Shown here one piece after another: positions 26,639 through 39,950 of a DNA stretch of 64,000 bases. The position numbers were made by a program, and so were the translations under genes. Every line of letters starts with the position of its first letter. Positions within the stretch are counted from its first letter, which is position 1. This DNA comes from Mobula hypostoma. Taxonomy: Eukaryota. Where the stretch lies: the NCBI RefSeq assembly GCF_963921235.1, contig NC_086097.1:9548001-9612000 (forward strand), read 5' to 3'. The notes below the pieces were generated by a model that was given only the letters and a program-made list of their open reading frames with translations, made no database searches and had not been told where the DNA came from.

Positions 26639-27430
26639 TTAGACCACAGGTGGAGAATTGGGCCATCCAGCTCAAAACTGCTCTTCCATTCCATCATGGC
26701 AGATCTAGACCATAAGACCAGAAGATATAGGAGCAGAATTAGGCCATTTGGCCCATCAAGTCTGCTCTGCCAATTCCATCATGGCTGAGTTATTGTCTCT
26801 TCCAACTTCATTTTCCTGACTTCTCTCCATAACCCTGGATGCGCTGAATAACTAAGAACCTATCTAATTCCGATTTAAATATATCCAATGTCTTGGCCTC
26901 CACAGCCATCCATGGCATTGAATTCTACAGATTTACCATCCTCTGCCAAGAGAAATTCCTCCTCATCTCTGTTCTAAAGGGAGGTCCTTCTATTCTGAGG
27001 CTGTGCCCTCTGGTCCTGGACTCTCCAAGTATTGGAAACATCCTCTCCATGATCACTCTATCAAGGTCTTTCAATATTTGTTATGCTCCAGTGAGATCTC
27101 CCTTCATTCTTCAAAAAACTAGCGAGTACTGGCCCAGAACCACAAAATGCTTGAAGGGGCTTATGACTTGTCCTAAGTTCAACAGGTAGGATCATGACCA
27201 TTAATTACCTGCTAACAGAAATTAAATCGAAGGTTCAGAAGTTCTGAATTTTTTAAAGGTTCAAATGTTCATTTATGATCAAAGTATGTATGCAGAATAC
27301 AAATGAAAATAATCTTCTCCAGATAGCTATAAAACAAAGAAAACCATGGAAGTAAAAAAAAAACATGGAAACTGGCTTATCTCTTTTTAACTTTTGATAA
27401 AAATCTATTTCACTCTGAATCCTGCATACT

Positions 27431-27972
27431 GCAGGATACTGACGGACTTTTACCGCTGTACCATTGAGAGCATACTCACCAACTGCATCTCAGTGTGGTA
27501 TGGCAATTGTCCTATATCAGACCACAAAGCACTCCAGCGTGTGGTGAAAACTGCCCAGCGGATTATCGGCACCCAATTGCCCACCATTGAGAACATCTAC
27601 CATAAACGTTGCCTGGGCAGGGCGAAAAGCATTATCAGTGATGCATCTCACCCTAACCATGGACTTTTTACTCTCCTCCCATCCGGTAGGCGCTACAGGA
27701 GCCTCTGCTCCCGCACCAGCAGGCACAGGAAGAGCTTCTTCCCTGAGGCTGTGACACTGTTGAACCTCACATCACAGCGCTAAGCAGTATTGCACCCATA
27801 TTGTACTGTCTCAGTACTTACATATTTGTGTGCTGTAGCACTTTTTTTATTTGCAGTTATTTTGTAAATAACACTATTCTTTGCATTTCTGGTCAGATGC
27901 TAAATGCTTTTCATTGGCTTTGTATCTGTACTCGGCACAATGACAATAAAGTTGTATCTAATCTAATCTAAT
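27431..27972 (+). mobile_element. Rex1/Babar LINE 3' end, little decayed
   Basis: FYRCTIESILTNCISVWYG...LLPSGRRYRSL...SFFPEAV; aataaa followed by an (atcta)n tail. Confidence 0.88.
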
Positions 27973-28478
27973 AAACTGTAGTGTCACTGGCATAATCACT
28001 TGGCCCCATGGAAGTGTAGCAGTTAGCACTGCATCATTACAGATCAGAGCACTGGCATTTGGGGTTCAATTGCAATGTCACCTCTAAGGAGTCTGTATTT
28101 ACCCCCTCTGGTATGCATCTGCTTTCCTCCCACAGTCAAAAGATGTACCAATCGGTAGATTACTTGGGCATTAATCTACCAACCAGTCGGTTGCAGGGTA
28201 GGGCAGCTCAAAGGGCCGGATGGTCTATTCTATGCTGTAACCCAATAAATAAATAAATAGATAGATAAATAAATGAATAAATGCAGGTTATATTTAAAAG
28301 CTCCCTAATCATTTCAAGGTATTAAAAATGTCTTTTTTTTTGCTGGAAATTCTCAGCAAAGACCTACACATCTGACTACTGAAATTTTCAGGTCACAGGT
28401 GCCTTGTTTTAAAGCACTGTGTGGAATCACTTACCAAGAACTGACCTGTGAGTGACATAGCAGCTACCTGCTTTACCA

Positions 28479-28775
28479 ATGCTCTCCTCAGAAATGACCA
28501 CATCAGGCCGGCACTGGCTTGAGAAGAGTATTATAACCGGATGTATAATCTCAGTGCTCCTTCTCTCCCTGACCGTGAACAGGTTAGCTGAGGCAACTGA
28601 AGTGGAGCGTAGAGGGCCTCTGACTAAGACAGGAGTGCAGCAGCCCCCAGTTAGAGCCTTCATGGATGACCTCGACATCAGTCCCAGACAGTAGATGGAT
28701 CTTTCAGAGGCTGGAGAGGCTCATTACATGGACAAGAATGAGATTTAAATTACAGAAATCCTGGTTTCTGGTTTC
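28479..28775 (+). pseudogene. HERO-like (R2 group) non-LTR RT fragment
   Basis: LEKSIITGCIISVLL...RGPLTKTGVQQPPVRAFMDDL, then after a frameshift RWIFQRLERLITWTRMRFK. Confidence 0.7.
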
Positions 28776-29190
28776 AAACTCAAAGATCTTTCCCTAGAAC
28801 TCAGATCCTCAAGTCCTGGCAACATCCATATCAATTTTCTTTTGCTGCTTATACAGTGGTGTTGCCTCTCAGGTGAGCTCTTCTGATCTCTTATGTTGAC
28901 ACAAGAAAGCAATGGCACTATTTTGACAAAATATTAGTGAAGTCACTCTAAATATCCTGGTCAGTATTTATCTCAGTCAATTTCACTGAAATCATTGCCA
29001 GAATCAGAATCAGGTTTAATATCACTGGCATATGCCGTGAAATTTATTGCTTGCAGCAGTAGTACATTGCAATACATAATAAAAATACTATAAATTCAAA
29101 AAACATATATATATATATCAATGTACATCTATGGAAATTAAATATATATATATATATATATCATATGATACATAAGTATCATATTATATA

Positions 29191-29280
29191 CAATACTATG
29201 CAAAAGTCTTAGGTATATATACAGAGAGCGAGAGAGAGAGAGGGAGAGACCTAGGGCGCCTAAGACCTTAACGAGTACTG
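29191..29280. mobile_element. About 90-bp Tc1-type MITE with microsatellite centre
   Basis: TA|caatactatgcaaaagtcttagg ... cctaagaccttaacgagtactg|TA. Confidence 0.65.
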
Positions 29281-29354
29281 TAGTAATTTTATGTATTGCA
29301 CTGTACAGCTGCTGCAAAAAAAGAACAAATTTCATGACGTGTGTGAGTGATGAT

Positions 29355-29715
29355 AAACCTGATTCTGATATGGGTCTCTATTGTGAACTGACAGTGGGAA
29401 GGGGGTAGAGAGAGGGGAATCACGGTTGGGAAAAGGAGAGGGGAGAGGGAAGGGAGTGGGAAACACCAGTGAGACATCCTGTAATGATCAATAAACCAAT
29501 TGTTTGGAATCAAGTGGCCTTGCCTGGTGTCTCAGGGCTGGGAGTGTCTACACCTGTGCCACTCCGCCCTGGCACTCCTTTTTTGCCACCTGTCTCGCAC
29601 CCCTCCCACGACGCTCCACCCTCACGACTCCCAACATCCTTTGATACCACTAGATTTACATATTCACCTTCTGCTCCATGTCGTCAAATACAGTACTGTG
29701 CAAAAGTCTTAGGCA
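29355..29715. repeat. Interspersed repeat ending in a Tc1-type TIR; inverted copy at about 39001-39350
   Basis: Shared tgatcaataaaccaattgtttggaatcaa.tggccttgcctggtgtctcagg and cagtactgtg.aaaa.tcttag. Confidence 0.75.
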
Positions 29716-31007
29716 TCCCAGACTAGAACTAGAGGTAACTGGTGAAGGATAAGAGGTGAGATATTTAAGAAGAACCTGAGGGGGATTTGTTCACTCAGAA
29801 TGTGGTGCAAGTACGGAATAAGCAGAAGTGGTGGATGCAGATATGATTGCAACATTTAAGGGATGTTTGGTTAAATACAGGAAGAAGGCAGGAGATTGTG
29901 GCCATGTTGGAAAATGGATCAGCCATGGTGAAATGGCAGAGTGGACTTGATGTGCCAAATTACCTAATTCTGTTACTACATCTTTTAGTCTTATGGTCTA
30001 GATAGATGGGATTGGTATGGAGGGATTTGGTCCAGGACAAGGCAGAATAAAAGTTCAGGAGGACCAAATAGGCCTTGGGGTCTGTTTCTGTGCTGTAGTG
30101 CTCTTTGACTCAATGATTCAGAATTAAACTGGAGAATTGACACCTTCATTTAATTTTCGAATCTTCGTAGCCATGAATATCTCTCTCAGGTCTACCCAGT
30201 GTTTCACTCTTTAACAAAGTCTTACATCCCTGCTTTCTGAATAATTGTCTCTTTCATTGCATGTCCCTCAATTCTCCAGCATTTTAGGCAGGGGTAGGGC
30301 TAGAGATTATTCGAGCTGCAAGAGATGGCAGAGGTTGCACTCATAAGCAACACACAAAACATTGGAGGAGCTCAGCAAGTCAGGCAGCATCTGAGGAAGG
30401 AAGTAGACAGTTGATATTTGAGGTCAAAGCTTTCACCTGGATTACCGTCCATTTCCCTCCATTGTTCTGCCTGATCCATTGAGTTACTCGCTGTGTTTTA
30501 TTTATTTTATCCTATTTAGAGATAACGTGTGGAAAAGGCCTTTCGGACCCAAGGAGCCACACCTATTTAACCCTAGCCTAATCACGGGACAACTTAGAAT
30601 AACAATTAACTCATGTCTTTGGAATGTGGGAGTAAATTAGAGCTCCAAGAAGAAACCCATGCAGTCACGGGAAAGGCATACAAACTTCCTCCAGAGGACT
30701 ACGGAATTGAGCTCCAAACTCTGAGCTGCAATAACATCACATTAACCACGAGCCGTGGTACCAATGTTGTACCAGAGATTTATTTTGCATCATCTGGGTA
30801 CCACCTACACGTGGATACAAGTATAATTGCTGATTAGCATCTCCATCTCTTCCAACACTGCATAAAAACCTCATATTTACATATTTGCATATGATTTTAT
30901 TTGGCACTTCCTGAATTATTCCAATGAGTTCAAGTGGGTTATCACGCGGCAGAGCAAAATGCTAGAGCAACTTAGCAGGTCAGGCAACATCTATGGAAAT
31001 GAATAAA

Positions 31008-31045
31008 CAATCGATGTTTCGGGTCAAGACCCTTCTTCAGGCCTG
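31008..31045 (-). ncRNA. Minimal type I hammerhead motif, core intact, weak stem I
   Basis: CAGGC-CTGAAGA-A-GGGT-CTTG-ACCC-GAAA-CATC^GATTG within a PLE-derived repeat. Confidence 0.6.
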
Positions 31046-32213
31046 GAAAGGAAGGGGGAAGACTCCAGAATAAAAAGGTGGGGGGGCAGGGGAAGGAGGA
31101 GGATAGCAAGAAGGTGATAAGTGAAGTCAGCTGGGCAGGAAAGATATGTCTTGATGAAGGGTCTCGGCCTGATACCTTCCACTGGTAATGCCTGACCTAC
31201 TCATCTTCTCCAACACATTGTTCTATATTTCCGGCATCTGCAGTGCCTCTTGTGTCTAAGAAAGTTAAAGGGCTGGAGTAGAAGGAATCTGAATGGACCA
31301 CAGGAGAAAGGGAAGGAGGAGGGGATCCAGGCAGAGGTGATAGGCAGGTGAGAAGAGGTAAGAGGCTGAGTCAATTATTGTTCAACAATCTTTTAAAGAT
31401 CTGAAAGGAGTCACCCGACATGGAATTAATCAGGCATTTCACTGAAATAGGATGATAGTATCTGAAATTATAAAATGAGTGCAATTGCAAATGAGAACCT
31501 TTGAAATGGACAAATACAATTAAAAATGAAAGTGCAAAATGACATATGCTTGCCCTTTGAAGTCTCATCCATACATATGAGACAGATGAAAATGATTTAT
31601 GAGTTGTACAGAGCATTTGAAGTGTAACTATTCTAATTAAACCTCCTATTTAGAATGTACAGGACACAACACCATTGCAGTTTTCAAGTGGGAATAAAAA
31701 TGCACAAGACAGGGCACGATTGTAGTCCTCATGGAGTTAAGAATGCACAGAACAGATTGGAGTCCTCATGAGCAGGTACAAAGCCCAGAAAAGTATAATC
31801 ATCTGGTCACTATATAACCTGTCTGGGAGACTGCACAACAGAACTCTTTTACGATATATGCTTCGGACTGATTAAAATGATGACTTTTTTTTTGGTGGCT
31901 ATTAAGAGTAGCCATATTAGAAATGGGACAAGTTCAAAGTACGTAGTCATTTTATTTTCCTGCTGGTCTTTGGGCAATACTGTATTTGCATATGGAAAAT
32001 ACAAACAAGATTACATTTATAGTTATTCCATTTTAGCTGGTTTTCGAGATGAACAAAGTCTTGTAATCTGCTGAGCAAAACTGTAATCAAGTTAAACAGT
32101 TCTCATCATAACATTGGCAATTAATGCAAGATAAAGTAATTAATTTGGATCCAGAAACCCTATCTACGGAGTCTGATTGAAACTTATTCATCTAAATGAA
32201 GTTTTTCTACTTA

Positions 32214-32795
32214 CACTCAGTGGCTATTGGGGACACTATCATCATACACACAACGGCCACTTTATTGGTTCCTGTACCGAATAAAGTGGCCGCTGAGGGT
32301 AGGTTGTGGTCTTCTGCTGCTGTAGCCCACCTACCTTAAGATTCGGTGTGTTGGCATTCAGAGATGCTCGTCTGCATGCTATTTTGTAATGTGTGGGTTT
32401 TAGAGTTATTGTCACCTTCCTGTCAGCTTGAACCAGTTTGACTCTCTCATTTAAAAGGCACTCTCGCCCACTGAAAGTGCTGTTCACTGGATGCTCTTTT
32501 TTTGTTTCTCTCACCAATCTATGTAAACTTTAAGGACTTTGTGCATGGAAGTCCCAGAAGATCAACAACTTCTAAGATACCCTGGCCATAACTTGTGGCA
32601 TCAACAATTATTCCACAGTAAATTCACTGAGAACACATTTCTTCTGCATGCTGAAGTTTGATCTGAACAACAAATGAACCTTTTGAACATGCTTCAAGCT
32701 TTTATGCATTGAATTGCTGGCACATAATTGGCTGATTGGATATTTGCATTAGCAAACAGGAGTACAGGTGTACCTAATAAAGTGACTAGTGAGTG
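32214..32795 (-). mobile_element. Tc1-derived non-autonomous element
   Basis: TIR-like cactcagtggc / ccactttatt and aataaagtgactagtgagtg|TA; transposase N-terminal remnant GRECLLNER..LVQADRKVTIT. Confidence 0.75.
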
Positions 32796-33209
32796 TATAT
32801 GTAATTTATCATCCAAGCCAAATTAAATTGAATTGAATTGACTTTATTACTTACATTCTTCATATACATGAGGAGTAAAAATCTTTACGCTACATCTCAG
32901 CCTAAATGTGCAATGTGCAATTTATAGTAATTTATAATAAATAGTATGTACAACAAGAGAGTCAATAATAACATGGAAATACATTTGTATCAGCATCAAT
33001 AATCATTCGGATGGCCTGGTGGAAGAAACTGCCAAGAGTCTACTGGTTCTGGCTTTTATGCTGCAGTACCATTTCCTGGATGGTAGCAGCTGGAGCAGTT
33101 TGTGGTTGTGGTGACTCGGGTCCCCAATGATCCTTTGGGTCCTTTTTATACACCTGTCTTTGGAAATATTACCCCGGGATCAATAAAGTATGACTATGAC
33201 TATGACTAT

Positions 33210-34502
33210 TGGACAGGTTTAAACATCTGTCTTTGGACATGACAAGATAGGCCAAAACCAGCATGGCTTCCTGAAAGGAAAATCCTGCCTGACGAACCTA
33301 CTGCAATTTCTTGAGGAAATTACAAGCAGAGTAGATGAAGGAGATGCAGTAAATGTGGTGTACTCAGATTTTCAGAAGGCCTTTGACAAGGTGCTGCACA
33401 TGAGGCTGCTTAGCAAGATAAGAGCCCATGGAATTACAGCGGTTACCAGCATGGGTGGAGCATTGGTTGATTAGCAGAAAGCAGAGAGTGGAAATGAAGG
33501 GATCCTATTCTGGCTGGCTGCCGGTTACCAGTGGAGTTCCACAGGGGTCGGTGTTGGGACCACTGCTTTTTATGATGTATGTTAAGGATTTGGACTACTG
33601 TATTAATGGATTTGTGGCTAAATTTGCCGAAGATACAAAGATAGGTGGAGGAGCGGGTAGTGTTGAGGAAACAGAGAGCCTACAGAGAGACTTAGATAGT
33701 TTAGGGGAATGGGCAAAGAAATGGCAAATGAAATACAATGTTGGAAAGTGTATGGTCATGCACTTTGGTGGAAGAAATAAATGGGCAGACTATTATTTAG
33801 ATGGGGAGCGAATTCAAAATGCAGCGATGCAAAAGGACTTGGGAGTCCTTGTGCAAGATACCCTAAATGTTAACCTTGAGGTTGACTCGGTTGTGAAGAA
33901 GGTGAATGCAATGTTGGCATTCATTTCTAGAGGGATAGAATATAAGAGCAGGAGTGTGATACAGTTTTAGGCTCCTTATTTTAGAAAGGATATACTGACA
34001 TTGGAGAAGGTTTAGAGAAGATTCACAAGAATGATTCCCAGAATGAAAGGTTTACCGTATGAGGAACGTTTGGCAGCTCTTGGGCTGTATTCCCTGGAGT
34101 TCAGGAGAATGAGGGGGGATCTCATAGAAACATTCCGAATGTTAAAACAGATTAGATATGGCCAAATTATTTCCATGGTAGGGGATTCTAGGACAAGAGG
34201 ACACAACTTCTGGATTAAAGGATGTCCTTTTAGAACTGAGATGCGGAGAAATTACTTTAGTCAGTGGGTGGTAAATCGGTGGAATTTATTGCCACGAGTG
34301 GCTGTGGAGGTCAAGTCATTGATTGTATTTAAGATAGAGATAGATAAACTCTAGATTAGCCAGGGCATCAAAGGGTATGGAGTGAAAGCAGGGGAGTGTG
34401 GATGACTGGAAGAATTGGATCAGCCCATGATTGAATGGCAGGGCTACTCGATGGGGCGAATAGCCTACATCTGCTCCTATATTTTTTAGTCTTATGGTCT
34501 TA
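33210..34502 (+). mobile_element. 5'-truncated, decayed CR1
   Basis: QHGFLKGKSCLTNL, GVPQGSVLGPLLF, KFAED; tail tcttatggtctt. Confidence 0.92.
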
Positions 34503-34730
34503 AGTTCCCCCTCATTTTCCTTTTAAACTTTTCACCTTTCACCCTTAACCCATGACCTCTAGTTGTAGTCTCCGAATGTTTTGTAGATCATAATGATGAA
34601 TATGAGCGAGACCTCATGGTTCATTTCTGTCCTCGTTCAAATTGTTTTGTTTGGTGTTTGGATTCAACACTACAGGGCCTCCCCCCATTCACACTTCTGA
34701 TCAATCTCTATCCCTATCATTTCTTCTGTT

Positions 34731-35160
34731 AGAGAGAGAGGAGGAGGTAGACAGAGGGAGAGGAAGATGGAGAGGGAGAGGTAGAGTGAGAGGGAGAAAG
34801 AGAGTGAGAGGGAGATAGAGGGAGAGAGGGGAGAGGTGAGGGAGAGAAGGATAGAGAAGGACAGAGAGAGGGTAGGGTATAGGGAGGGTGAGGTAAGGGA
34901 GGCACAAGGGACAGAAATAGGAAGAGGGTGGGGGAGGGATAGAATATAGAGAGGGAGGGAGATGGAGTGGAGAAGAAGAGAGAAAGGGAGACGGTACAGG
35001 GATGGAGGGAGAGAAGGAGAGGGGATGGGGTGAGAGAGCAGGGTGTGGGGATGCAGGGGGTGAAGGAGAGGGTGTGGGGAGGGAGTGGGAGAGGTGGAGG
35101 GGAAGGGAGAGGGAGTGGGTGGAGAGGGGGAGAGAGAGAGAGAGAGGGGGGGGGTGGAGA
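34731..35160. repeat. About 430-bp polypurine (G/A) low-complexity tract
   Basis: Nearly pure G/A on the + strand. Confidence 0.95.
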
Positions 35161-35546
35161 AAGACAACAAGATATTCTACAAATGCAGTCATACCTCGAA
35201 GAGACTTTGCAGTGGAACCGCAAATCAGATATTTTAGCATCTACAGAATCTCTTGTGTTTATGCTCCATTATGAAGTCTCATCAAGGTATGTCTATCATG
35301 AAGTTTAAATCTTCTCTTTGACAAGAGTTCAGTAGGCTCTCTCTCATTGCTCCCACTCAGTGATCTCTGCCACTCCTGAATTCTTCAACTCTGTGCTTAC
35401 CCAGGCTCGCTTAACTTATCGCTTTCCAGCTTGTATTCCTTCCCCTCCCGCACCCTCCTCAACCATCTTATTCTGGCTACACTCTCTCTTCCTTTCTAAT
35501 CCTGAAGTAGGGTCTCAGCCCAGAGTCTTGTCATCTTCAGAAGTTT

Positions 35547-36400
35547 TCTGATGACTCTGCCATAGCTGGATGCATCAGCAAGGGAGATGAGGCTGAGTAC
35601 AGGGTTACGGTAGGAAACGTTGTCACATGGTGTGAGAACAATTATTTGCAGCTTAATGTGAAAAAGACTAAGGAGCTGGTGGTAGACCTGAGGAGAGCTA
35701 AGGTACCGGTGACCCTTGTTTCCATCCAGGGGGTCAGTGTGGACATGGTGGAGGATTACAAATACCCGGGGATATGAATTGACAATAAACTGGACTGGTC
35801 AAAGAACACTGAGGCTGTCTACAAGAAGGGTCAGAGCCGTCTCTATTTCCTGAGGAGACTGAGGTCCTTTAACATCTGTCGGATGATACTGAGGATGTTC
35901 TACGAGTCTGTGGTGGCCAGTGCTATCATGTTTGCTGTTGTGTGCTGGGGCAGCAGGCTGAGGGTAGCAGACACCAACAGAATCAACAAACTCATTCGTA
36001 AGGCCAGTGATGTTGTGGGGATGGAACTGGACTCTCTGACGGTGGTGTCTGAAAAGAGGATGCTGTCCAAGTTGCATGCCATCTTGGACAATGTCTCCCA
36101 TTCACTACATAATGTACTGGTTGGGCACAGAAGTACATTCAGCCTGAGACTCATTCCAGCAAGATGCAACACAGAGCGTCATAGGAAGGCATTCCTGCCT
36201 GTGGCCGTCAAACTTTACAACTCCTCCCTTGGAGGGTCAGACACCCTGAGCCGATAGGCTAGTCCTGGACTTATTTCCTGCATAAATAATTTACATATTA
36301 CTGTTTAACTATTTATGGTTTTATTACTATTTATTACTTATGGTGCAACTGTAACAAAAGCCAATTTCCCCCGGGATCAATAAAGTCTGACTATGACTAT
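35547..36400 (+). mobile_element. Rex1/Babar LINE 3' portion (end of RT and C-terminus)
   Basis: LQLNVKKTKELVVDLR, KKGQSRLYFLRRLRSF, MFYESVVASAIMFAVVCWG; (tgacta)n tail. Confidence 0.9.
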
Positions 36401-36660
36401 GAATCATTGACTCTTAGACAATGCTGTTTGATCTGCTGAGTTCCTCCAGCATTTTGTGTGTGTTACTTTTCTTCTACCAGTTTGCTCACCACCATCTGAT
36501 GAAGAAAAGTCCTTCAGAACATTTTACCACCTGGCTAAATCTATATCATCTGGTTTTATCTGCTTCTGAGATGGGGGAAAGATTCCTGCAGTCTACCCTT
36601 CTTTTACTCCGCCTAATTTTACTGGAGTCAATTTTAGAAAACCTAGCACATTTATTTTTC

Positions 36661-38658
36661 TTTCTTTTCTTTTTAAATCTTTTTATTGAGTAAGTATACA
36701 AAAAAGGTAAGCCATATAAACATTAATACAATGTTAAAGTATAATAAAATTCCAAAAGATAACAATACCAAAAAGAAAATACTACAAACAATGTAATTTA
36801 AGCATAAGAAACCAAGATAACATAATAGTATACTAGATTTTATATATATCAATGGAAAAAAAAAGAAAAAAAAACCCCAAAAAAAAACCCACCGTGCAAC
36901 TAACTAAAAGCAAAGCAAAGCAATGGGCTAACTTGAAACCAAACAGAGTTAAACTTAAAATCACGTCCTCAATCCCGACCTCCATTAAAACAGTGAAGAA
37001 AAAACAAGAAGGGTAAATATTACATTAAATGAAAATATCGAATAAAAGGTCCCCAAATCTGTTCAAATTTAAATGAAGAATCATAAAGGTTACTTCTAAT
37101 TTTCTCCAGATTCAAACATAAAATCGTCTGAGAAAACCAAAAAAAGGTAGTTGGAGCATTAAGCTCTTTCCAATGTTGTAAAATACATCTTTTCGCCATT
37201 AAAGTAAGAAATGCAATCATTCTACGGGCTGAAGGGGAAAGATTACTAGAAATTTTAGGTAGTCCAAAGATAGCAGTAATAGGGTGAGGAGAGATATCTA
37301 TATTTAATACCTTAGAAATAATATTGAAAATATCTCTCCAAAAAGTTTCCAAAGTAGGGCAAGACCAAAACATATGAGTTAAAGAGGCTATCTGCCCCGA
37401 ACATCTATCACAGAAAGGATTAATATGCGAGTAAAAACGCGCTAACTTATCTTTGGACATATGTGCTCTATGAACCACTTTAAATTGAACTAGGGAATGT
37501 TTAGCACAAATAGAGGAAGTATTAACTAATTGTAAAATCTGCCCCCAATCATCCACAGAAATGGTAAGCCCCAATTTCTGTTCCCAATCTACCCTAATCT
37601 TATCAAATGGAGCTTTCCTAAGTTTCATAATAATATTATAAATCATAGCCGATGCACCTTTCTGACATGGATTAAGGTTAATTATCGAATCTAAAATATA
37701 TATAGGAGGAAGCATTGGAAAGGAAGAAAGTATAGTACTTAGGAAATTTCTAACTTGTAAATATCTAAAAAAATGTATTCTTGATAAGTTATATTTATTA
37801 GATAATTGTTCAAAAGACATAAGGGAACCATCTAAAAATAAATCCAAAAACCGTAAAATACCCTTAGTCTTCCAAGTTTGAAAAGCGCGATCCGTAAAAG
37901 AGGGAGGAAAAAATATGTTACCTAAAATAGGAATCGCTAACCCGAATTGATTAAGATCAAAAAATTTTCTGAATTGAAACCAAATGCGCAAAGCATATTT
38001 AACTATCGGGTTAGAGACCTGCTTAAGACGTTTCGAATCAAAAGGAAGAGAGGAACCTAAAATAGAACCAAGTGTATAACCCTGAACAGATTGTAATTCC
38101 AATGCTACCCATTTAGGAATAGATAGTATGTCCCGGTCAAGTAACCAAAATTTCATATGTCGAATATTAATAGCCCAATAATAAAATCTAAAGTTAGGTA
38201 ATGCTAAACCTCCATCTCTCTTAGCTTTCTGTAAATGTATTTTACCCAGTCTCGGATTCTTATTCTGCCAAATAAATGAAGAAATTTTAGAGTCAACTTT
38301 ATCAAAAAAAGATTTAGGAACGAAAATTGGTAATGCCTGAAACACATATAAAAATTTTGGCAAAAAAAACATCTTAACTGCATTAATACGACCAATCAAA
38401 GTTAAATATAAGGGAAACCATTTAGATGAAAGTTGAGTAATATGGTCTATTAATGGTAAAAAGTTAGTCTTAAATAAATCTTTATGTTTACAAGTAATTT
38501 TAATCCCAAGATATGAAAAGTAATTATTAATCAATTTAAATGGAAATTTATAATATAAGGGAAGATGTTTATTAATCGGAAAAAGTTCACTCTTACTAAG
38601 ATTTAATTTATAACCTGAGAAAAGACCAAATTGTGCTAATAACTCTAAAACAGCAGGA
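36661..38658 (-). mobile_element. 5'-truncated L1-clade LINE with 13-bp TSD
   Basis: TSD acatttatttttc at 36648-36660 and 38659-38671; AATAAA and A-rich tail on the minus strand. Confidence 0.92.
37020..38658 (-). pseudogene. L1 ORF2 C-terminal part (RT end, thumb, zf-RVT), uninterrupted
   Basis: FSGYKLNLSKS, YLGI, GRINAVKM, GGLALPNF, CDRC...HMFWSC; no stop from the truncation point to 37020. Confidence 0.9.
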
Positions 38659-39554
38659 ACATTTATTTTTCAACAGAGTCCCCTCCTACATTTACACACT
38701 TAGTCCAGCGGTCGTGGAGCATACGGATCTTGGACCTCCAGAAAGTGCCCACAGCAGGGGTGATTGATAAGTTTGTGGCCTAAGGTAGAAGGGGATGAGT
38801 TATACAGCTCTCGTTACATGCACATGCAGTTCAACTCTTTGAGTGATTATGCAGAAAGTTTGAAGTTAATAACTCATCTCCTTCTACCTTAACTACCTTC
38901 TACTATGCTGAAAAATAAATGGGCTAGGTTTTCTAAAATTGACTCCTTCTACCTTAGGCCACAAACTTATCAATCACCCCTCGTATGTGCAATATGGACG
39001 TCTAAGAATTTTACACAGTACTGTGTAAATGTGGAGCAGAGAGTGAGTCTGTAAACTTGGTGGGAGAAGAGGATGTTGGGAATGGCGAGGATGGAGCACC
39101 GTGGGAGGGGTGTGGGACAGGTAGCAGAGAAGTTGGCCAAGGACAGGAAGTGGCGCAGATACAGACACACCCAGGCCTGAGACACCAGGCAAGGCCATTT
39201 GATTCCAAACAATTGGTTTATTGATCATTACAGAATGTCTCTCTGGTGCTTTCCATTGCCTCCCCCTCCCTTCTCCTTTTTCCAACCATGATTCCCCTCT
39301 CCCTGCCTCTCCCCACCCCCCATCCACAATAAAGACCCATATCAGAATCAGTATTACAATACTGTGCAAATGTTTTAGACTTCTAGTAAAATACAAAAAT
39401 TGTAGGTACATCAATCATGTTCCTATGAATGTCCTTCTCTCTTCTCCAGACTCTTTTCATAAGTGAAACTCTTATCCCAGAAAACACCTTGATGACACAC
39501 ACAAAATGCTGAAGGAACTCAGCAAACCAGGCAGCATAAATGGAAAAGAATAAA

Positions 39555-39592
39555 CAGTCTACATTTCGGGCCGAGACCCTTCTTCAGAACTG
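39555..39592 (-). ncRNA. Minimal type I hammerhead motif, core intact
   Basis: CAGTT-CTGAAGA-A-GGGT-CTCG-GCCC-GAAA-TGTA^GACTG; 5-bp stem I including one G-U pair; GUA triplet. Confidence 0.7.
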
Positions 39593-39950
39593 GAAGCGGA
39601 AGGGGAAGAAGTCAGAATAAGAAGGTGTGGGAGGGGAGAAAGAAGTGCAAGGTGGCAGGTGATTGGTGAAACCAGGCAAGGGGGATGGGCGATGTAAAGA
39701 ACTGGGAAGCTGATTAGTGAAAGGGACACCTCTGCACCCTCCAGCACTACAAATGCCTTCAATCCACAGATCTTTTAAGACCTCAACTACATTCCATTTA
39801 ATCATACTTGTGATTTAAAATTCAAAATCAAACTTGAGTTTTTGTCTCACTTTAGATAAAATTTTCATATTGAGAAAAATATCAATGAATCTGTAGCCCT
39901 CTGTATAATGTGCAGGCAAAGATTTTCATTTCATATTCTTTATCTGATCA

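Larger units (their letters stand above)
36622..38983 (-). mobile_element. Mariner-derived MITE interrupted by an L1
   Basis: Left part ggagtcaattttagaaaacctagcac; right TIR ...aaacttatcaatcacccctcg|TA; matches 22602-22951. Confidence 0.85.

Noticed and set aside
27394..27783. ALKBH8 N-terminal-like host exon
   Set aside because: The sequence is the multi-copy Rex1/Babar C-terminus followed by a LINE tail.
34670..35308. Pro/Ser/Leu-rich and Gly/Glu/Arg-rich ORFs
   Set aside because: Artefacts of the low-complexity polypurine tract.
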